From positions 310,001-374,000 of the forward strand of contig AP026152.1 of assembly GCA_030295235.1 (NCBI GenBank): a DNA stretch of 64,000 nucleotides, written 5' to 3'. The DNA comes from Fistulifera solaris. Lineage: Eukaryota. The position numbers and the translations under genes are program-made. Of this stretch, positions 25,401 through 38,525 are shown one piece after another (the first letter of the stretch is position 1; each line of letters opens with the position of its first letter). The notes beneath the pieces were generated by a model. The model had not been told where the DNA came from, did no database searches, and was given only the letters and a program-made list of their open reading frames with translations.

Positions 25401-26372
25401 CGACAAAGCCGAAAGGCGACCATTCAAATTCAACGCATCATGCGAGGTGCTATACAGCGACCGAAGTTTCGCGCTGCACTCCATGAAAGGAGAGAGGAAG
25501 CTAAGCTGGAGAACCAGTTACGAGCCCTTCAGCGAAAGTTAGAAGAGGCGGAGCAAGCTCGAGTTGAAGCTGAGAGGAAAGCGGAAGAACGCGCCAGAGC
25601 GCGCATCGAAGCGGAGGCAAAGGCTGCAGAAGAAGCCAAGCTAAAGGCAGCCGAGGAGGCGGAAGAAAAGAAGAACGACCCAGTTGACGACGATGAATCT
25701 GCAGTTCATTCGGCAGTCTCTCGCTTATCATCCGACGGCGTGTCCGAACTCCACGTAGACGAATCACCAGAGTCACAGACTCGTTCTCTTTCAGCCCAGC
25801 AACAAACTCTCATGGACGAAAGCGGCAGGATGTTAGAATACCTCCGAAAAGAGGTTTTCAAATATCGAACCCAAAACGCTCAGATGCGAGCAGATTTTGA
25901 TGTGCTCAAAGAGAACAACCAGAGATTAATGGACGCGAATGCTTCAGCCGGAGCCTCATTCAGCGCTTTGAATCAACACACCAAACAATTATCGAAGGCG
26001 AATGAGAAGCTGACTGCTGAACTTGCCGCTTATAAGAAACAAGCGCAAAAGCTAGGAGTTATTCAAGTTGAGCTGAAGGAAGAACTAAAGATGAAACAGG
26101 CAACGTATGTGGCTGAAGTCCATTCGAGGTTGCAATATCAGAAGGCCTTGCAAAAAATAGTTGATTTGGTCGAGCAAAGATGCCGGGATCCTCGTCTCGC
26201 GGAAGATATTTTGAGGGTTGCCGATACATGCGATTCAGAGTTTTCTCAAGGTACTACAACCGTCGCTAGCCCGAAGGACACTTTATCTACCCCTTCCCCC
26301 GGAGGAACCAGCGACAGCGCTTCGCGAAGAGATTCCTTTCTTATGACAAGCATTCGGTCCCTGTGGTCCTAA
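22404..26372 (+). CDS. Myosin heavy chain (motor, several IQ motifs, SAH/coiled-coil tail); intron 22761..22828
   Basis: LHE|[55 protein letters not shown], IQ repeats; frameshift near 23170-23210. Confidence 0.95.
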
Positions 26373-26800
26373 ATCAAACACGGTGGTTTACGCTTCCGAA
26401 TGCTTGACTATCGACGGACTTTGAATGCCGAAATGCTGCCAACTACCCCGACATTGATACTTTGACCCAATTAAAGCTGATATACTAAATGCTACTCCGT
26501 ACGAGGATAACGATGTTTTTATTGTTTACATGGAATTCTGTTCCTAGTGAGTTTTACGAAGCTGATTCGCTTGTCGTTTCATGAGTCAGAAGAGCACCGC
26601 AACGTGTACAAAATGCTGTTGATTGAATTCAGCTCTAACGCGTAGAAAATACTTAGGCTAACATTAACAGTCAGCACCATTTAGCAACAAATAGTTTAAT
26701 TTGGTGGATAAATCTAAAGAGTCGGAGAACAACATTCATTAACTTTTAAAAAATACACTCGCATAAAACAAGCACTACTTTGACACAAATGCAAGATATC

Positions 26801-27454
26801 TCAGGCCGCTTCGTCGTATTTCTGGTAATTGTCAGCATCCGTGGTTGCAGCAACTGGTGTTCGCGCACCGTGTTTGACATCAATGGGAGCCACAATGATG
26901 TGCGACTTGAAATGAAATACGAGAAGACTGAACAAAGACATTATCAGAAAGAGAATGAAGCCTATCGTGGCAAACACTCGGTTTGTTGCGGAGTTTCCGT
27001 AAGGATAACTGCGAAAAGTACCAAAGAGGAGCAAGTTCTGATTGGCCAAGATTGCCAAAACACCCAACAAGAAGCCAACCGAGAAAGACGTCGGAAATCG
27101 TTTGAGCACGAAGGTCCCTAAGATACCCAAGCACAAGTGAATAACGCCCGTCCATACGGATGCCATGGCAAATGCTTTTGATCCTCGGCCTGCTTGTAAG
27201 TTTGCCACTAATGAAAAAGTAGAGAAAATGTGAGAAGTGCTATTGCAAGGATGCTGTGCTATCATGCTCGTATGGCACGGTAATGCATGACTTCAGGTAG
27301 TCGCTACAACAGCACTCACTTTCGATGAATGATTGGATGAAAAGAGAATTAGAAAGATTAGAGAGATTCCCCAAGCCCTGTGAATAGAGCTTTTTGGATC
27401 TTCTTCACATGATTGAAAAAGTTTGCTCAGTATTCCGCTTGTTGACGATGTCAT
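26801..27454 (-). CDS. Small ~4-TM membrane protein; intron 27208..27319
   Basis: ATG at 27454 (MTSSTSG...), GTGAGT/TAG intron, hydrophobic helices in ORF 26801..27265; probable frameshift in exon 1. Confidence 0.6.
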
Positions 27455-28080
27455 TGTGTGAATTTTATTTCGTAAAGAATGCCGAAAGCCCGTAATTCGT
27501 AAAATATCACAGCCGTTGATGCTTATCCGCCTTCTAGATAAAATACTGTATTATGTAAGGAGGAACGTCAAGAACCTTTATTTGTATTCAAATGTTCGAT
27601 GCATTCTTGCAGGTTGCATTGCATCATGAGTTCGATGCGAAAGGTGCGCTCATTTCCTTTACCTAGTCATTTTTGTACATAAAAACCTACTGCGAAAAAT
27701 ATTGTCGTTGGGTTCTGTATCATTGGAAAATTTCCGTATAATGTGAAACAAGATAAAATTCTTTTAATATTATCCAGTACGAGATGGACGTTTTCTATTT
27801 ATTATCGAGAGGTCCGAAAGAGGTCATCCATACGACGTACAGACCAAAGAAGCTAGGGATCTAGGGATGCATGATGCATGCATTTCCACATTCCTAGTGA
27901 CACGTATGCACTTTTCGATGGGCACACTGGTAGAAAAAGCACCTCTCATTGCACCAGTTATTATACCCGTCAATAGAAGCGGCGGTAATCAAACTAAGCA
28001 ATAGAAGCATCAGACTTTTACATGTCCAGCACACAGCGTTTCTTCAAAGGAATCCACCGAGCAAAACTTGTTATTTGAGA

Positions 28081-28847
28081 CTACTCATCTTTTGTAGCGT
28101 CTGCACTGGGATCAGTTGTCGCAGAGGGCGGTTGCGGGCCGATCAGCTGACGCCGCTTGGGTGGCGGCGCGGGCCCGAGCACTTCCCGCTTTAGCACGGA
28201 CGACTCAGGACAACATTGCTTTTCCAACGACTCTAACAGCTCAACAAAAGTGGGTATAGGACACGCCTCGGGTCTTCGTCGTTTGATCAAAGCGAGCGCT
28301 TCCTTAGCTGTCATCGACGCGCGCCTAAATCGCAGCCAAAATTTTGTGAGTTTTCCTTAATGGAGCAGTCGAACAAAATAAGATATACTTACTTGATGAG
28401 ATAAATGGCAGCAGCTGTGGTCGAGCGCGAGACACCCTGCTGACAGTGAACGAGCACACTTCCGTGGAGTAATCCCTTGGAGATAAAAGAAACGATTTCG
28501 TCCGCGGTATCCAAAATGCCACTCGCGCCGGTAGGAGAGTCATAAACCGCAATGCGCTTGTATTGAAATGCAGGTAAAATGTCGACCTTTTTCTCAAAGT
28601 AGTTGGGGACTCCGGCCTGAGAATAATACAAAATTAAAAATGGATGAGTGCATGTGACTCAAGTCGGCCAATTCACAGCGCTATCCCTTACCTTGACATT
28701 CACGTCCTTTTCGGGAGTCATATTGAGAATATGAGTAACCTTCCATTGTCGCAACTTTTCTAGATTCTTAGCATCCTTCTTCCCGCCAACGTAAAGACCA
28801 GGGCGACTCCCACCCACCAGCTCTTTACATCGGTAGATTAAACTCAT
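28081..28847 (-). CDS. Dual-specificity protein phosphatase; two introns (~28617..28691, ~28325..28392)
   Basis: GLYVGG...THILNMT, catalytic VHCQQGVSRS, and ALALIKRRRPEACPIPTF. Confidence 0.9.
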
Positions 28848-29378
28848 CGGTGTCGCATTATCATCTGAAAAGAGCGACAAAGACAACGTGAGCCGCAGAT
28901 GACTGAATTGAAAAGTGCTACAAGATTTTGTGGTGATTCCAACTTCAGCAGAAAATATGAAAAGTTACTTGATGTGTCTATCAATCACTGCGGATCAGAC
29001 AGGGATAACAGTTGTTTCCTCACAAGTTAGGAGACTTAATCATCGGCTGCGCACATCTCCCACTTACATTCACAGAGAGATATTCAACGTCGCGACTTTC
29101 GCATGCCTGGGTCGATTTGCCGTTTCATTGTTGACTGTTGTAAAGGAATAAGCAGAAGAAAGTTAACAAAAGCTCGCAATGCAAAAAAAGCAGCGGCGCG
29201 ACGATGATTAGATGATTGCGTGGTTCGGATCGGGAGCGATGGACGGACGGAAGGACATAGGGACGAGCGAGCTAAGTCTATTGAGTTCAAATTTGTCTTC
29301 AAGCACGTAAACGTCTCTAAACTTATGCTTACATTGATGATGTTCACACATATTCACGTTGTTCAACAACAATCATCA

Positions 29379-32113
29379 TCAATTGTCTTGACCTACGAGA
29401 CTAATCACACCGGATGCCCTACGAGACGAGCCACCGGTACTCATACGGCTTTGCTGGAGCATCGTTTGATCGACTTCATTGATACGCGCGGCAAAACCGT
29501 CGACGTAGTTCTCCAACACCTTCTTATCATCCCCTCCAAGACGCTGCTCCATCAGTAATGTTTCAACAAGTAGACCCGCCGAGCGATAGCACGACCGTGC
29601 ATTTTCCAACTGGCCCAAAAGCTGCTTCACCGCGCCTTCGCGCCCACAAGTCATGGCATGATTATAAATGAGTTCCTCCACACTCGGAGAGCGAACCTGT
29701 TCACCTGTCGGGACGGAGACCTTGGATATTTCAGCGTTGGTTGCATCAGCGCGCTCCAGCACACCGCGAAATTGGCCAGCAAGCCATTCAGTAGTAACTT
29801 CCAAGCGCTTCTTCAACTGTTGGAGATGATTCGCATGACTGGTAGGAATTACGTGCTTCTGCAACTCCTCGAGCTCCTGTGAGACTTTCGTAACTGCACT
29901 TACGGCCCCTTTCAGCATAGACAACGCCTTGATGTAACAAAGTAAAGCATCCGAGAAGTAAGAACGAATCGAAGATGGAGTAGGCTTCACCATTTTGCTC
30001 CCGGTAATGCTACTATTTGAAACGCGACGAGTTGGAATAGTGGTATCCAGAGAAGGAAGCGGTTCGGTGTTGATAGCAAAAGGCATCTCTTCCGCTTCAT
30101 CGGCTTTCTCCATGGACTTGTCACTCATCGAAGAACCTCTCCTACGGCGAGTGACAGCAATAACATCCGTCGCGCTCGAATCATCCGTGACATTACCGCA
30201 ATCATTGTACCGAGACTCTTCCTCTATGTCATCCATTGCTGTGGCTGACAGCATCGACGTACAGCTCTCATTCATAGAGATAAGCCTCAAAGCCAAGAAA
30301 GCTCGATTATCCCCAACATGGGCCACAGTAATTGCCCTACGGCCGATGTCTTCCGCGGTTGCCAACATGGTTGCGGCTTCCTGTAGTTGGCTTTCCGCAC
30401 GTTTGGTAGATGTAGGGTTGCCCCCTCCAATTTGACGGGTCTTCCCACTCGAAAACATTCCCATGAGAGTGCCGCCCGTACCAGGACTGGTACTGAGCAT
30501 CCCACGAGCTTGACGAAGTGTCGGATAGTCGCGCCGGCCGCCAAGTATAGGAGACGTTCCAAGCACTGTTGGACGGTAGGACGGCTCTTTCCATGCAACA
30601 GTGGCAGTCTTCGCTGAAGAAATCGATCCATGCTCCACCATTACATAGCTGTTGTCATCTGTGGAGTTCTGAAGGTTGGAGTTGGTCGTTTGAGATCGAT
30701 GATAAGTCTCCATTTCCTGCATTGGAGTCGCCGATTGAATCCGTCCTGCATTTAATTCCAAAGCAGGCGGTTCCGGCGCTCCCTGAGGCATCTTAAAATA
30801 GTGGGCTGTGCTGGGCGGACTTGGGACTAAAGGAGTCAATGTGCGTTGCATGGAAGGGTAATGTGCTTGCGACACCATAACAGGAGCCGAAGTCTGTAAA
30901 GGTCCTAATCTAGGTTTCGTGTAACCAGTCGTCTCTCCCACGTTTACCACAGCCACCGGAAGAGACTGAGGCATTGCTGTTGTTGTCGTCATTTCAGTTG
31001 AACTTCCATTCTCGTCACCGGAAGCGCCCGCAATTGTTCTTCCGTCGTTTTCTGGAATCGTCTCCAGGTCTCCCACAACCGGTCGGCAAGAACCCGGGTC
31101 GTGGACGGATGCACCATTGCAACCCAATGCAACAAACCGATCGTTTGCCTCAAAAAACTCTTTAAAGCCAGCTCGACTGATTGGGTTCCTATTGAGAAGT
31201 AAACGCAGTAAAGTCACACATTCTGGACTGACCCGCACGTCTGGAGGCAATCGAACAGCTTTCATTTTAATATTCTTGAGCAGATCGATATGGTTTTCGC
31301 CATGAAAAGGCGGCTTTCCCGAAATCATTTCAAATAAAACAGTGCCGACACTCCATAAATCTGCTTTCGCATCGTACCTAAAGGCATAATTGTGAGCTTT
31401 CCGACGACAAGAAAACAACACAGCAAGTTTTACTCACCGTTGGTGCTGTAAAATTTCCGGAGCCATGTAAATGGGCGAACCACAAAGTGTTTCCGCCAAA
31501 CTCTGACTTTGTAGGTGACGAGCAAATCCGAAATCAGCAATCTTGAGACAAAATTGACTCGAAGGAAAGTTCGCATCCCGGCGCTCCTGTTCCATCGCTG
31601 GCGTTTGCGCTGGGTCGTCTTCTTCATCCAAAGGTAAAGGTCCGGTCAGCAAAAGGTTTTGCGGCTTAATATCGCGATGAATCAATTCCTGCCCCCATAA
31701 GAATTGCAGCCCCGATTTCAAATCACGCATGAGACGGCGCGCCAAGCGTTCCGACAAGCGGCCTGCAGCACGACTGCGAATCAACCCCTGCACATCTCCC
31801 CCCGCGCAGTATTCCAGCAGCAAGTAAAATGTCTTTCCGTCTTTTGCACTTGATGCATACAGACGATATTCGCATGTTGATAAGTACGCAATATACTGAT
31901 TTCAATCTCCAAGTTCTGCAGCACTTTCTTGGTTAATTTTTCCGACGTTCGAGAGATTGCTTTGACTGCCACCGTGTCCGGCCCTTTATTCGCCGAGGGC
32001 AGTCGTACGCCTTTATAGACAACCGCAAAACTCCCCGAACCCAACCGTTGCTGCAAAGCATAGCCAGCCACCACTTTTACCTTGCTTTGCGGCAGGTAGA
32101 GTTCGTGATTCAT
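29379..32113 (-). CDS. ATG1: ATG1/ULK serine/threonine kinase; intron ~31378..31437
   Basis: GSGSFAVV, VAVKAI, HRDIKPQN, KIADFGFAR, TLCGSPIYMAPE, YDAKADLWS; C-terminal MIT/EAT-like helices (EELIYNHAM); frameshift at ~31826. Confidence 0.9.
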
Positions 32114-33459
32114 GTTGACGCGTCTGCCCGGATGTTTCTATCGAATCATGGGTGTTCGTTTAAGGCAAAACAAACGATCCGTTGCACAAATGCAAATATG
32201 GTTTGTTCCGTTCTCTTGATGCTTTTCGAACGTTTATGACGGAGTATTTTGATTTCGGAGTGTTCTTTTCCGAGAGAGATTTTAGAGGACTGCAATTCTG
32301 TTGAAGAAAAGAAAAAATATGAAAAAGTTGACAACGTCTGACAGAAAAGTAGCCCACGTGATCTGTTCTGTGTGTGAAATGATGTTAGTGTGAGACCCGT
32401 GCGTAGGTCAAAATTCTTTACTTGTACTTTCCGAGAATAGAACGAATTTGAGTTCCGATCGAGGTACTGCAAGACATAGAGTACTTCAGTCCCGGAAGAA
32501 TCACGAACGCCGAAACACGAAACGTCCACGAAAACGCCACCTCCTATAGGGATAAAAATAAAATCTTTTCACGGCAAAGCAGCTGCTCCGAAAATGTTCT
32601 TCAAAGACGCCACGATAGGAAAAGGAATTGAAAGGAAGCTCAAATGAACGAAAGTGTAGAAGCTCCTTTTATTCACTTCGAAAGATCGGAGCTGAGCGAA
32701 CCGTCCGCTGGAACGAGAGCGATTTTGTCGACCAACGACGACGATTTCTGTCGACACGTCACCATTTTCGCAGTCCTGCATTGCTTTCAATGTCATTTGA
32801 CTTACCAGCGTTGATAAAATTAAAGAGAAGAGTTTCAAAAATTTAAGCGAAAAGCCCGTCGTTTCGAAGGTTATTGAAAGAAGAAGGGATAGTAGCGAGG
32901 ACGGAAGGAATAAAGAAATAATGATTGCGAACGAAAATCTGCGTTTTCTCTTCTTTCCGGAGTTTCATTCCAAGAGGTCACATTGTTTTTTTACCGTCAA
33001 TCCTACTGTAGTTTACGTTCGACCTTGGTTCGACGTTGGACGTTAGTTGACGTCAGGTTGCGGTCGTCTACAGTACAAGTCGTACAAGCGCTTGACACCC
33101 GTGACTGCTGGATCACGACGAAGCATGGAGGATGGAGGAGAGAACCGCCGCAAGCGAGTTTTTTTGAACTTCGGGGAACATCATTCGTTCATCTGATTAT
33201 TATACCTTTTGCAATCATCGTCGCCCTTGCATCACGTCTTACATTTATTAAAAGCATTACTATAGACTTCCGAGTGTTAAGTTGCGACTTGCGACAGCTC
33301 AAAAGATCTTGCATATTAGGAACCGCAAGGTTTATAGAAGAACAGACAACTATTCCTGGTAATCATGGCATCGATCGAAGCCACAGCGCCACCATCCAGC
33401 AAAAGCCAAAAGCTCTCCCATTTCCTCCTTCGTCTTTGAAACCTACCAACGACCCGAAC

Positions 33460-34832
33460 ATGAAGTCCGCCTCCGAAGAAACACCGATCAGCGATCTTAT
33501 GAAGCCAATCGAATACTCCGGAATTTCGTCGGCATGTCACTGCTCTTTTCGGTGAATCATGGGTGTGTCGTAGCCTGCTTGAGCTTGGCATCCGCACGAT
33601 TGGGGACCACAGGGAACATACAGAGCGGCATTTTGTACATGAGTTATACTGGCTCGGCATTGCTGGGGGCGACTTATTCCGTCAAGAAATTCGGACCGCG
33701 CGATTCGTTGGTGGCGGGCTTGGCGTTGTATTGTGTGTATGTGACTGCGTTTTGGATGGCGTCGTCGTTCCTTCCTTCGCCCAGCCGGCATCCTTTTTGG
33801 GAGCTCTGGTGGGTGGTGTCGGGGCAGGATTGTTATGGACGGCGCAAGGTGCTTTTCTTTGGCAGGGCCGCGGAATGTCACGCTCTTGCTTTAGCTCAAG
33901 AGACATCCCTATCGACCTCCAAATTAGCAGGAATTTTCGCCTCTATCTACTTGGGCTTGGAATTGGTATTAAGATCGACGTCTTCAGCTTTACTCAAGCT
34001 GTTCTCGGTAGCATGGTCCACCATTTTTGGTATTTACGCTCTACTCGCGATATTTTCCGCAGTGGGCATGATGTTTGTGCAACAACCAGAAGATGGCAGC
34101 GTCAACGGCCAAGACGATTCTGAAGTTCAGTCCGTTTGGTGGAAAATTACTGCAGCTTTGCAATTACTCCGAAAAGATCCCAAAATGCGGTACATGATTG
34201 GTTTGAATGCTGTTTTCGGGTTTGCTTCAGCATTCTTAAACTCGTATGTCAACAGCGAGGTAGTTCGTGTCGTTTTGCACGATTCTCAAACTCGTTCTAT
34301 CGGTTTGTTGTCAGCATGGACATCGGCTGTCGCAGCAACAATGTCTCTGGCTTTTGGGAAAATTACCAACAAAGGCATCATTTTAACGTTGGGGTCTGTT
34401 TGTTTTCTATGCGTCGCGGCTCCATTTCTGATGACAAACTTTACGCTCGGACGCTGGAACACGGTGGGGGTTGTGGTTGTTTACACTTTGCATGGCATAG
34501 GAAGAGCGACTTTTGAAGGAACCCTCAAGGCATCATTCGCCGATCTCTTTTCGCACGAGAAGGAAGGAGCTTTTGCAAACATAATTCTTCAAAACGGTCT
34601 GGCAAGCGCGATTGGCTTCTTCATATCTACTATGTCCTGCAAGCCCGAACAAAGACACTGCATTCAGTTCCAGGATGGTTCTTTTCATGATATCGGCATC
34701 TTGGCGTGGATGGTTGTAATTTCGGCCTTGTTTGCTATTTCTGGTTACTGGAGAGCGGACCGATTGTTTAGACAACAGACAAGTAGTTTCCATTCGGTGT
34801 GGACCCTTGTCGAGAACGAAAGCGTAATATAG
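33460..34832 (+). CDS. UNC-93-like / MFS multi-pass membrane protein
   Basis: About 11-12 hydrophobic helices; GGVGAGLLWTAQG motif in an alternative frame; frameshifts near 33525, 33795, 33855. Confidence 0.7.
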
Positions 34833-35026
34833 GGCTAATTGAAAAACTCAAAGTACGATGAAAACAAGACTATAATTTTCATGTATTTTCTTCACACAAT
34901 AAATCAATTGGGCTTCCAACAAAGAAGCACCAACCGAACATAAAAATTGTGGTCATGATTCCAAGAGGAACCCGACTCACACACTTGAATCGACTTGGTT
35001 TCCAACAGAGAAACCACAGTCGCACA

Positions 35027-35901
35027 TTAAATAATGATGGCACGCTGGGCACCCGATTTTAGAGTTCCATCAGCACCATTGGCCCCACCAGTCGAGATGG
35101 TGCTCTCAGTTTCGCTTTCGTGGCGAGGGCGCTTGTTACGGAGGTTCTGCTTCTGCTCTTCCGTGAGGAGCTTGCCGGTATCGCTGCGTTTCTTGCGCTG
35201 AATTTCTCCGCGACGTTCACAGACCGTACCGGTCAACACCAAGTGGAAGTTGCGTTCGCGGCCCCAAGCGTAAGCCAAGTCCTTGAAGTTCGCATAGGGA
35301 GTTCCACCGCTAAGCAATAGAATCTCGACCAGTGCCTGTACGATAAGAAAAATCAGACTCTACTTCTATCCGTCCAACTCATTTGCAAAACAAATTTGTA
35401 ACTCACCAACTGACGCTCCCACGGTTCCAACTGCACTTTCAACTTGGAAACGGGAGGTAGACCACGCGCACGGCGTTCTTCATGGCGATGCCACCCAATC
35501 TCTTTGCCGACGCGCCCATCGCGCAAGAATCGGACCAAGGGCATCACGTTTGCATCTTCCGGCGGGTCCGAAAATCCATCCCAAGCACGATAGGCATCTC
35601 CAATGGAATCGTTTCCTTTTCCTTCAATCAATCCCTTGATATGCGGCTTATACCCGATAGACATGGGCAAGATGGTGTCGTACACCGATTCACCGTCGGG
35701 AATGGTAGGCACGTTTGTGGGTTCCTCTTTGGGGCGTTCCTCCGCTGGCAAGTTTGCCGTTTTCCAATGGCGCTTGCACTGCGAAAAAATGTGAGTTATC
35801 GACCGGAAAAACACGGGTTGAAAAATGTAGTGACGTACCATGCCATCATGGGTCCCCTGGGCTTGCTTGTCACAACCTTCTACCTTGCATTTTTTCGCCA
35901 T
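35027..35901 (-). CDS. Putative nuclear protein with WRKY19-like C-x4-C-x10-C-x2-H zinc knuckle; two introns
   Basis: Spliced CKVEGCDKQAQGTHDGM|CKRHW; introns ~35780..35837 and ~35337..35406; basic RRGEIQRKKR. Confidence 0.65.
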
Positions 35902-36912
35902 GGCACCGTGACGCTGACAAGAACCTTTAAAATACAGTTCAACAGCCAATTGTTAGAAAATCAAGCGCAAATAGGATGTTGAGCACAGAACAGACGGATA
36001 AATTCCATACCTTGACTCTTGACGACTGTGAAGCAAGGGAAAATTTGAAGCACAGAAAGAAAAAACAGAAATGGTGATAAGCTTTTAATAGAAGCATTTG
36101 GATCACAACGCGCAATAGTTATAAATACCTTTGGTGCATCCAGGAAAGCGACAAAGGCGGCGGGCAGGTTCCTTCTGGGTAGGTTCCGGATTCATTTCTG
36201 AAAATTATCAACAAGTAATTAGCAGGTTAGAAGAAGATAATTACAGGCAATATCCGTCCGTCGCATGATATATGTAAGAAACACTTTCGATAGTAACAAT
36301 CAATTTGACTAGAAAATCAGCGTAGCATGAATCACGAAAGTAGAATATCGAGACAGCCCCTCAGCTCTTGTTCCCAAATCTACATCTCTTCGCAACTTTA
36401 AAGACTATCTCCCGCGCAGAAAAGATTACGAATAAGCCATTTTGACAAGCAGACTCGCGTCTTCTGTCACAGCACCCCGCGCTGCCTTCCATGCAAAACA
36501 GACTCACCTTTACAGTCGTTCCTATTTCCTCCCTGTCCTTGTAGAAACGCCAAAGACAGTGAATAAAGACAATAAAGACCTGTTTGATGCATCTAAAAGA
36601 GTTCAAAAGAACTTTAGATCCACGGATGGTTACTTCATGAGAGGTCCGGAAGTATGGAAGAGTGCGAGCTCGGTGCTCATCATCATCTCGTCGAGCTCCT
36701 TTCGCTGTGTCAAAACGTCGAGCTCGAGCTCGCGAGGCTCGAGGTCGGACCATGAAGATCTAAAATCTAAACGGTAAACCTGGTCGGACGGAGCAACAAG
36801 CAATGACGCAGTGGCAACGAAAGAGTACTCCACAGGCGATACGCTACGCGAAACCAAGGAGAAAATAAACTTGCGCGAAACGCCTACTTGTACCGCCTAC
36901 GCCATTTGTGTA

Positions 36913-36997
36913 CTGGAAACGACGTTAAAATTCTGCCTAGCCGTAGGCTCTACGTAGAAACCTGTAATGAGAGGCAGAATTTTAACGTCCTTTCCTG
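36913..36997. repeat. Short inverted-repeat element (18-bp perfect core, ~26 bp imperfect), possibly a decayed mini-MITE
   Basis: GACGTTAAAATTCTGCCT (36921-36938) is the exact reverse complement of 36972-36989; flanks CTGGAAAC and CTTTCCTG extend the pairing with two mismatches. Confidence 0.75.
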
Positions 36998-37457
36998 TTT
37001 TCGACTGACAATAACCAGTGAAAATTGACGTCAGACATGATGACTATACTTAGAATGTACATTTTGAGTACCGGAAGAGGACATTCGGAAAAGAAGCACG
37101 CGAAGAACGAAGAAAGGAACAGAAAACAGAAAGTTCTGCAGTCCCGCTACACCAGTCACGGGAGATCAGCCAATCAGCATCAAACACACTTCTCAATTTT
37201 CTCCGCTTCATGTCAGCCAGAAAGTACCTTTGAACCATAAAATCAGGCGTTTTGTTCTCATTTGCAGCTTGCAGCTTGCAGCGCGCAATAAAAGCATTCA
37301 ACAAAAGCGAGAACGAAAGTCTGTTTATTGAAAAGAGCCTATTAATGATCCGGGCGGATAATTATGTTTCCAGCATGTTATTATTTCGACTTGTTCGCTC
37401 GAGGAGCATGATTTACTTGCAACACATGGCCTCTTAACTCATATCATTTTTCAACAA

Positions 37458-38342
37458 ATGTCGTCCGACAACAGAGCCGGGCAAACACCGACGCCTAGTT
37501 CTTCTCAAGGCACACAACGGAGCACATCGTTAAGTAGATCAAGTGCCATAGCTTTTGGGGGTCTCCATTTGGCTTCCGCTTGTGTGGATGCTTCTACCTG
37601 GATGATGATCAATTCGCACGACAAGAGGACGTCACCCAACAATTCTCATGGAGGACAGTCTTCACCATCGTCATTGAGTGTAGAGCGCATACGCGAGTCG
37701 TTGCGGAAGGAACTGTAAGTTGTCTGAAAAGTTCGTATATTCACTGGAAGCGCTTCTCTCACGTTTAATTGGGTTGATGATTGCAGAGAAAAGCGATTAA
37801 GTGTTAAGAAGCAATCCATAGGAACACTCAGTGCACAACAAGCCGCTATTTGCTTGGAAAAACTGCTGTTTAAACAATATTCTGGAGATCTCACAGAGTA
37901 TGCTAATCTTTCCACTCTTAGAGATCGGCTGGATCCTATTTTGCAGCGTTTGATAAAGCGAAAAGATCACCCAACAGAGACCCTTGATCCGGAAGAGAGC
38001 CGCAAGCGCCTACTCCGAAGTAAGCTAGGCAAACAGCGCTACTGGAAGGCCTTGCTGCTCAGTAAGGAAATCCACCGACTACGTTTACAACATGCGTCGC
38101 TCGGTTGCGCACAGTGTAACAGCGACGGAGTTTGTCAACTCCAACCCGATATCAAGGGATCGCTACCACAGCCCGTGCACACGCTATTCTTCCGAGTAGC
38201 GCTTTTGAGTTTTTTTGAGTCCGCCTCCGAAGATGAAATTGCATCTTCAAAATTAGATACATGGGACACTCTGATCCAGGAATGCGAAGACGCACTGCAT
38301 CGGTACAAACAATGGAGGTTTTTACTAAGCGCTCCTGCTTGA
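37458..38342 (+). CDS. KIX-like domain + CxxC protein, paralogue A; intron 37715..37786
   Basis: Splicing gives RESLRKEL|EKRLS...AAICLEKLLFKQYSGDLTEYANLSTLRDRL (KIX-like), then LRSKLGKQRYWKAL and CAQCNSDGVC. Confidence 0.7.
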
Positions 38343-38525
38343 GTCAACATTTCGTGCGACGAGTTCCCACGTGTACAATTGCTAGCTTTCCTTATATATG
38401 TAACATAAATTTTGTATCATTTCATCAGCCTTTGTTCCCACACAAAAACAGTGTAGCCACTAGGGCCTTGGCAAAATCAAAATGTTGTTTCTTTTAAAAT
38501 AAAATAAAATCTTTTGTATAAGCAT

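Noticed and set aside
32120..33450. ORFs in the long spacer between ATG1 and the UNC-93-like gene
   Set aside because: Mostly non-ATG starts and unprotein-like composition; more likely UTR/promoter
36361..36857. Overlapping ORFs of 75-130 aa with repeated GAGCTC
   Set aside because: No recognisable motifs; may be 5' UTR/uORF of the zinc-knuckle gene; cannot be called
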